DNA of 38,586 nucleotides, taken from contig NC_068990.1 of assembly GCF_001194135.2 (NCBI RefSeq), positions 21,202,620-21,241,205 of the forward strand, read 5' to 3'. This DNA comes from Octopus bimaculoides (taxonomy: Eukaryota). This document shows, piece by piece, positions 35,717-38,586 of this stretch (position 1 is its first letter; each line of letters begins with the position of its first letter). The notes under the pieces were generated by a model, which made no database searches, was not told where the DNA came from, and saw nothing but the letters and a program-made list of their open reading frames with translations. Both the position numbers and the translations under genes were made by a program.

Positions 35717-35717
35717 C

Positions 35718-36040
35718 TGGTACTCCGTTTACGACGACTAGAGTTCTAGTTGATCCGATCAACGGAACAACGTTCTCGTGAGATTAGCATGCCAGTGACT
35801 GAGTAGACGATAGACACTCAAACACTTAACGTACTTTTCAAGGAGACTCAACGTGACACAGAATGTGACGAGGTTTGCCGTTTTGAATTACAGGTACAAC
35901 TCATTTTTGCTAACGGAGTTAACTGGAGCAACGAGAAATAAAGTGCCTTGCTCAAGGACACAAACGCGCCTCCAGGAATCGAAATCATGATCTTACGAAC
36001 GTAAACCGAACACCCTAACCGCTAAGCCGTGCGCTTTCAC
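35718..36040 (-). mobile_element. SINE family C, near full length
   Basis: Minus strand: GGCTTAGCGGTTAGG A-box, GATTTCGATTCC B-box, then gtgtccttgagcaaggcacttt conserved central-type segment. Confidence 0.85.
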
Positions 36041-36397
36041 AGACACATATACACAAACTTTCCCTACACATATAAACACATGCTTACCTGTATACTCTAT
36101 CTAACAAACATACTCAGTAGGTCAGACATATTTAGAAACTGAATATACATCGCTTATACTGAAACTTCTGTAGATCCATATATAGTCACGTAAAAATTAA
36201 AATCCAATACAAAGAAAAATAGTTTCCTTCCTTGGGAAGGAAATATCCAGTTTTTCATTTGTCTGGCAGTTTAATACCAAATATGGCAGAGTAAAACTTT
36301 TCCATAACTCAATATACAAAGATGAAAGAAAATGAGGATTTGCGATTGACATATTTTAATTTATTAACATAATACTATATTATTATCATTACATTAT

Positions 36398-36615
36398 TTT
36401 ATTCTTTTACTTGTTTCGGCCATTTGATTGCGGCCGTGCTGGAGCACCGCCTTTCGTGGAGCAAATCGATCCGAGAGCTTATTCGTTGTAACCCTTATAC
36501 TTATTCTGTTGGTCGCTTTTACTGAACCGCAAAGTTACGGGGACGTAAACACACCAGCATCGTTTGTCAAGCGCTGGTGGTGGGGGACAAACACAGACAC
36601 CCAAACACACACTCA
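36398..36615 (-). mobile_element. SINE family A tail half
   Basis: ttttacttgtttcggccatttgattgcggccgtgctggagcaccgcc. Confidence 0.9.
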
Positions 36616-36649
36616 CACAAGCAGATATAAATATATATATGAAGCGATA

Positions 36650-36818
36650 AATTTTATTGGACTTCTCTTCCTTCTTTCTCCTCCTTCTGGTGAAGAGCAA
36701 TGCTCGAAGCGTTATACACCCACTCTTTTTCCTATCTTATTCTGAGCGTCAAACTAATATATTCCTTGTGTACGTCCTTTTAATTTCTGTAAGCGTGGTT
36801 CGATACGTTTATTAGTTC
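36650..36818 (+). mobile_element. Family E-related repeat (copy 2 of the local duplication)
   Basis: ctggtgaagagcaatgctcgaagcgtta. Confidence 0.6.
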
Positions 36819-36820
36819 TA

Positions 36821-37033
36821 CAGGGTGTCCACAAAGTCTGGGTACATAGGGGATTAAGACATACTTTAAGAAATTATTATTTCTTGTACTTAATTGTTTA
36901 TGTTATGATTTTATTTACTCCATGTTCCCACATGGGGATTAAGACATACTTTAAAAAAATATTATTTCTTATAGATAATTGTTTATGTTATCATTCTAAT
37001 TACTCCATTTGCCCAGTATTTGTGGACACCCTG
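36821..37033. mobile_element. Tc1/mariner-type MITE, complete (213 bp)
   Basis: TIRs cagggtgtccacaaa / tttgtggacaccctg and TA duplication at 36819-36820 and 37034-37035. Confidence 0.9.
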
Positions 37034-37415
37034 TAGATGTAATTAGCCGAAAGCTGGAATATAGCTGAGAGCTATTAAAATACTCGGACGGGTAATTTAT
37101 CCCTGTATACTCATCTTAAACACACACACACACAGACAAAATAATGAAGTTGGCTACACGCAATGTAATACCACAAAGGAAAACTTCATTTGTCACTAAT
37201 AGTGAATGTGTGCAGGGTAGCGCCTATATTGGAAGAAACAAGCGTGAATGGCCCTTATAACCACAAAAGCACAAATTTATGTACAAGGGAGATAACCGCT
37301 CCACAGCGGCAGTATATCGGCAAGCCAATTGGCTGGTTCAGTAAAGTTGTAACGGGATAATTATAAAATAATGAAAGTTGCTCCTCTCCCGCACACACAC
37401 ACATATGTATACGTA

Positions 37416-37843
37416 TCTTTTATCTCTTATCTTTTTGTTTGTGTCTGTCATTAGACCCGCGGCCATGCTGGAGCACCACCTTGAAGGTTTTTAGTCGAAC
37501 AAATCGACTCTAAGACTTATTTTGTTTATGCCTGGTACTTATGTTATCGCCCACTTTTTGCCGAACCGCTGAGTTGCTGGGACTTAAACACACCAACACC
37601 GGTTGTCAAGCGGTGCTGGTGAACAAGTACAAACACAAGGACACACGCACATAGATTTATAAATATATATATATATATACGACAGGCTTCTTTCAATTTC
37701 CGTATATCAAATCCACTTACAAGGCTTTGGTGAGCCTGAAATTAAAGTAGGAGTAGCTTGCCCAAGAAGCCACCCAGTGGGACCGAACCCAGAACCATGC
37801 GATTAGGAAGCAAGCTTCTTACCCCACAGCCTCGCCTGCGCCT
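37416..37843 (-). mobile_element. SINE family A, full length
   Basis: Tail gtcattagacccgcggccatgctggagc, head cagcctcgcctgcgcct. Confidence 0.9.
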
Positions 37844-37911
<68 letters not shown>

Positions 37912-37940
37912 TTATCTATCGATATATATATATATATTTA
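37843..37940. repeat. (ATCT)n/(TA)n
   Basis: Direct reading. Confidence 0.95.
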
Positions 37941-38404
37941 TATATCTACTGGAAACTAATGAGCTAATAGTCACATAACTGCAGGTACACATCCACATGC
38001 ACCAGACTGCACACCCTACTACACGGGAAGCGTGTGCTGAACACAATTATACATTTATACAAGGTTCAATAAATAAATAATTAAATAGATAAATAAATAA
38101 ATCCCGTTCATATTTCACCCACCCGCACACAGTCACAGGCCTATACGCAGAAATACAAATAGATGCGCATGCGCGTATGCACGTTTCATTCTAATGCTTT
38201 TTACTTGATTAATATTATTGTTTGCACAACCCAGTTGACAAACTACCATTTCATCACTATCGTTGTATAAATGTTATTATTGCTTTAGGTGTTTATAAAT
38301 CTATTAACTTTACTTTTCTTCGCGTATTAAAAATCTATTTATCATTGCACGCATGAGTTTTAGGTTTCGCTGCTTTCTTTATTTAATGCTTTATTTACAA
38401 GCAG

Positions 38405-38447
38405 AAAAAAGAAGAAGAAGAAAGGGAAGAAAAGGAAAAAGAAGAGC

Positions 38448-38478
<31 letters not shown>

Positions 38479-38485
38479 TCAACAA
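38405..38485. repeat. (GAA)n/(CAA)n
   Basis: Direct reading. Confidence 0.9.
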
Positions 38486-38586
38486 TAAACGTAAGTATAA
38501 AGGTTTACTGGCGTTCAGACATAATAAAAGAACTTTTTCGCTATCTCTATCTCTCTCTGTTTCTCTGTGTGTGTGTATATATATAT

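Noticed and set aside
38163-38175. TGCGCATGCGC NRF1-like palindrome (and GCCAATTGGC at ~37323)
   Set aside because: Short motifs with no identified promoter. The first is readily produced by decayed (TG/CA) repeats.

Overview
This is eukaryotic, AT-rich, repeat-saturated scaffold DNA with about 11 N-gaps. It is most likely an octopus/cephalopod genome, inferred from the extreme microsatellite load and the SINE families I recognise. No complete gene, rRNA, true tRNA or CRISPR array is visible. Dozens of tRNA-derived SINE copies belong to three families (local labels A, B, C). Other mobile DNA: a hAT/Charlie-type MITE carrying a two-level nested SINE insertion, a Tc1/mariner-type MITE (one full copy and one locally duplicated partial copy), and a 5'-truncated R4/Dong-clade non-LTR retrotransposon (restriction-like endonuclease region) ending in (TAA)n. 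Several dispersed repeats carry hammerhead-ribozyme-like cores of the kind associated with Penelope-like elements, and one has a fully canonical core. There are two diverged minisatellites: one with a 20-bp period and one with a 40-bp period and an apparent 120-bp higher-order structure. Short non-repetitive islands can be joined into a phase-consistent minus-strand exon chain, but I do not recognise the protein and confidence is low. Nearly all ORFs in the supplied track are artefacts of N-runs, microsatellites or SINEs. Repeat boundaries were read by eye and are approximate unless a TSD or TIR is quoted.
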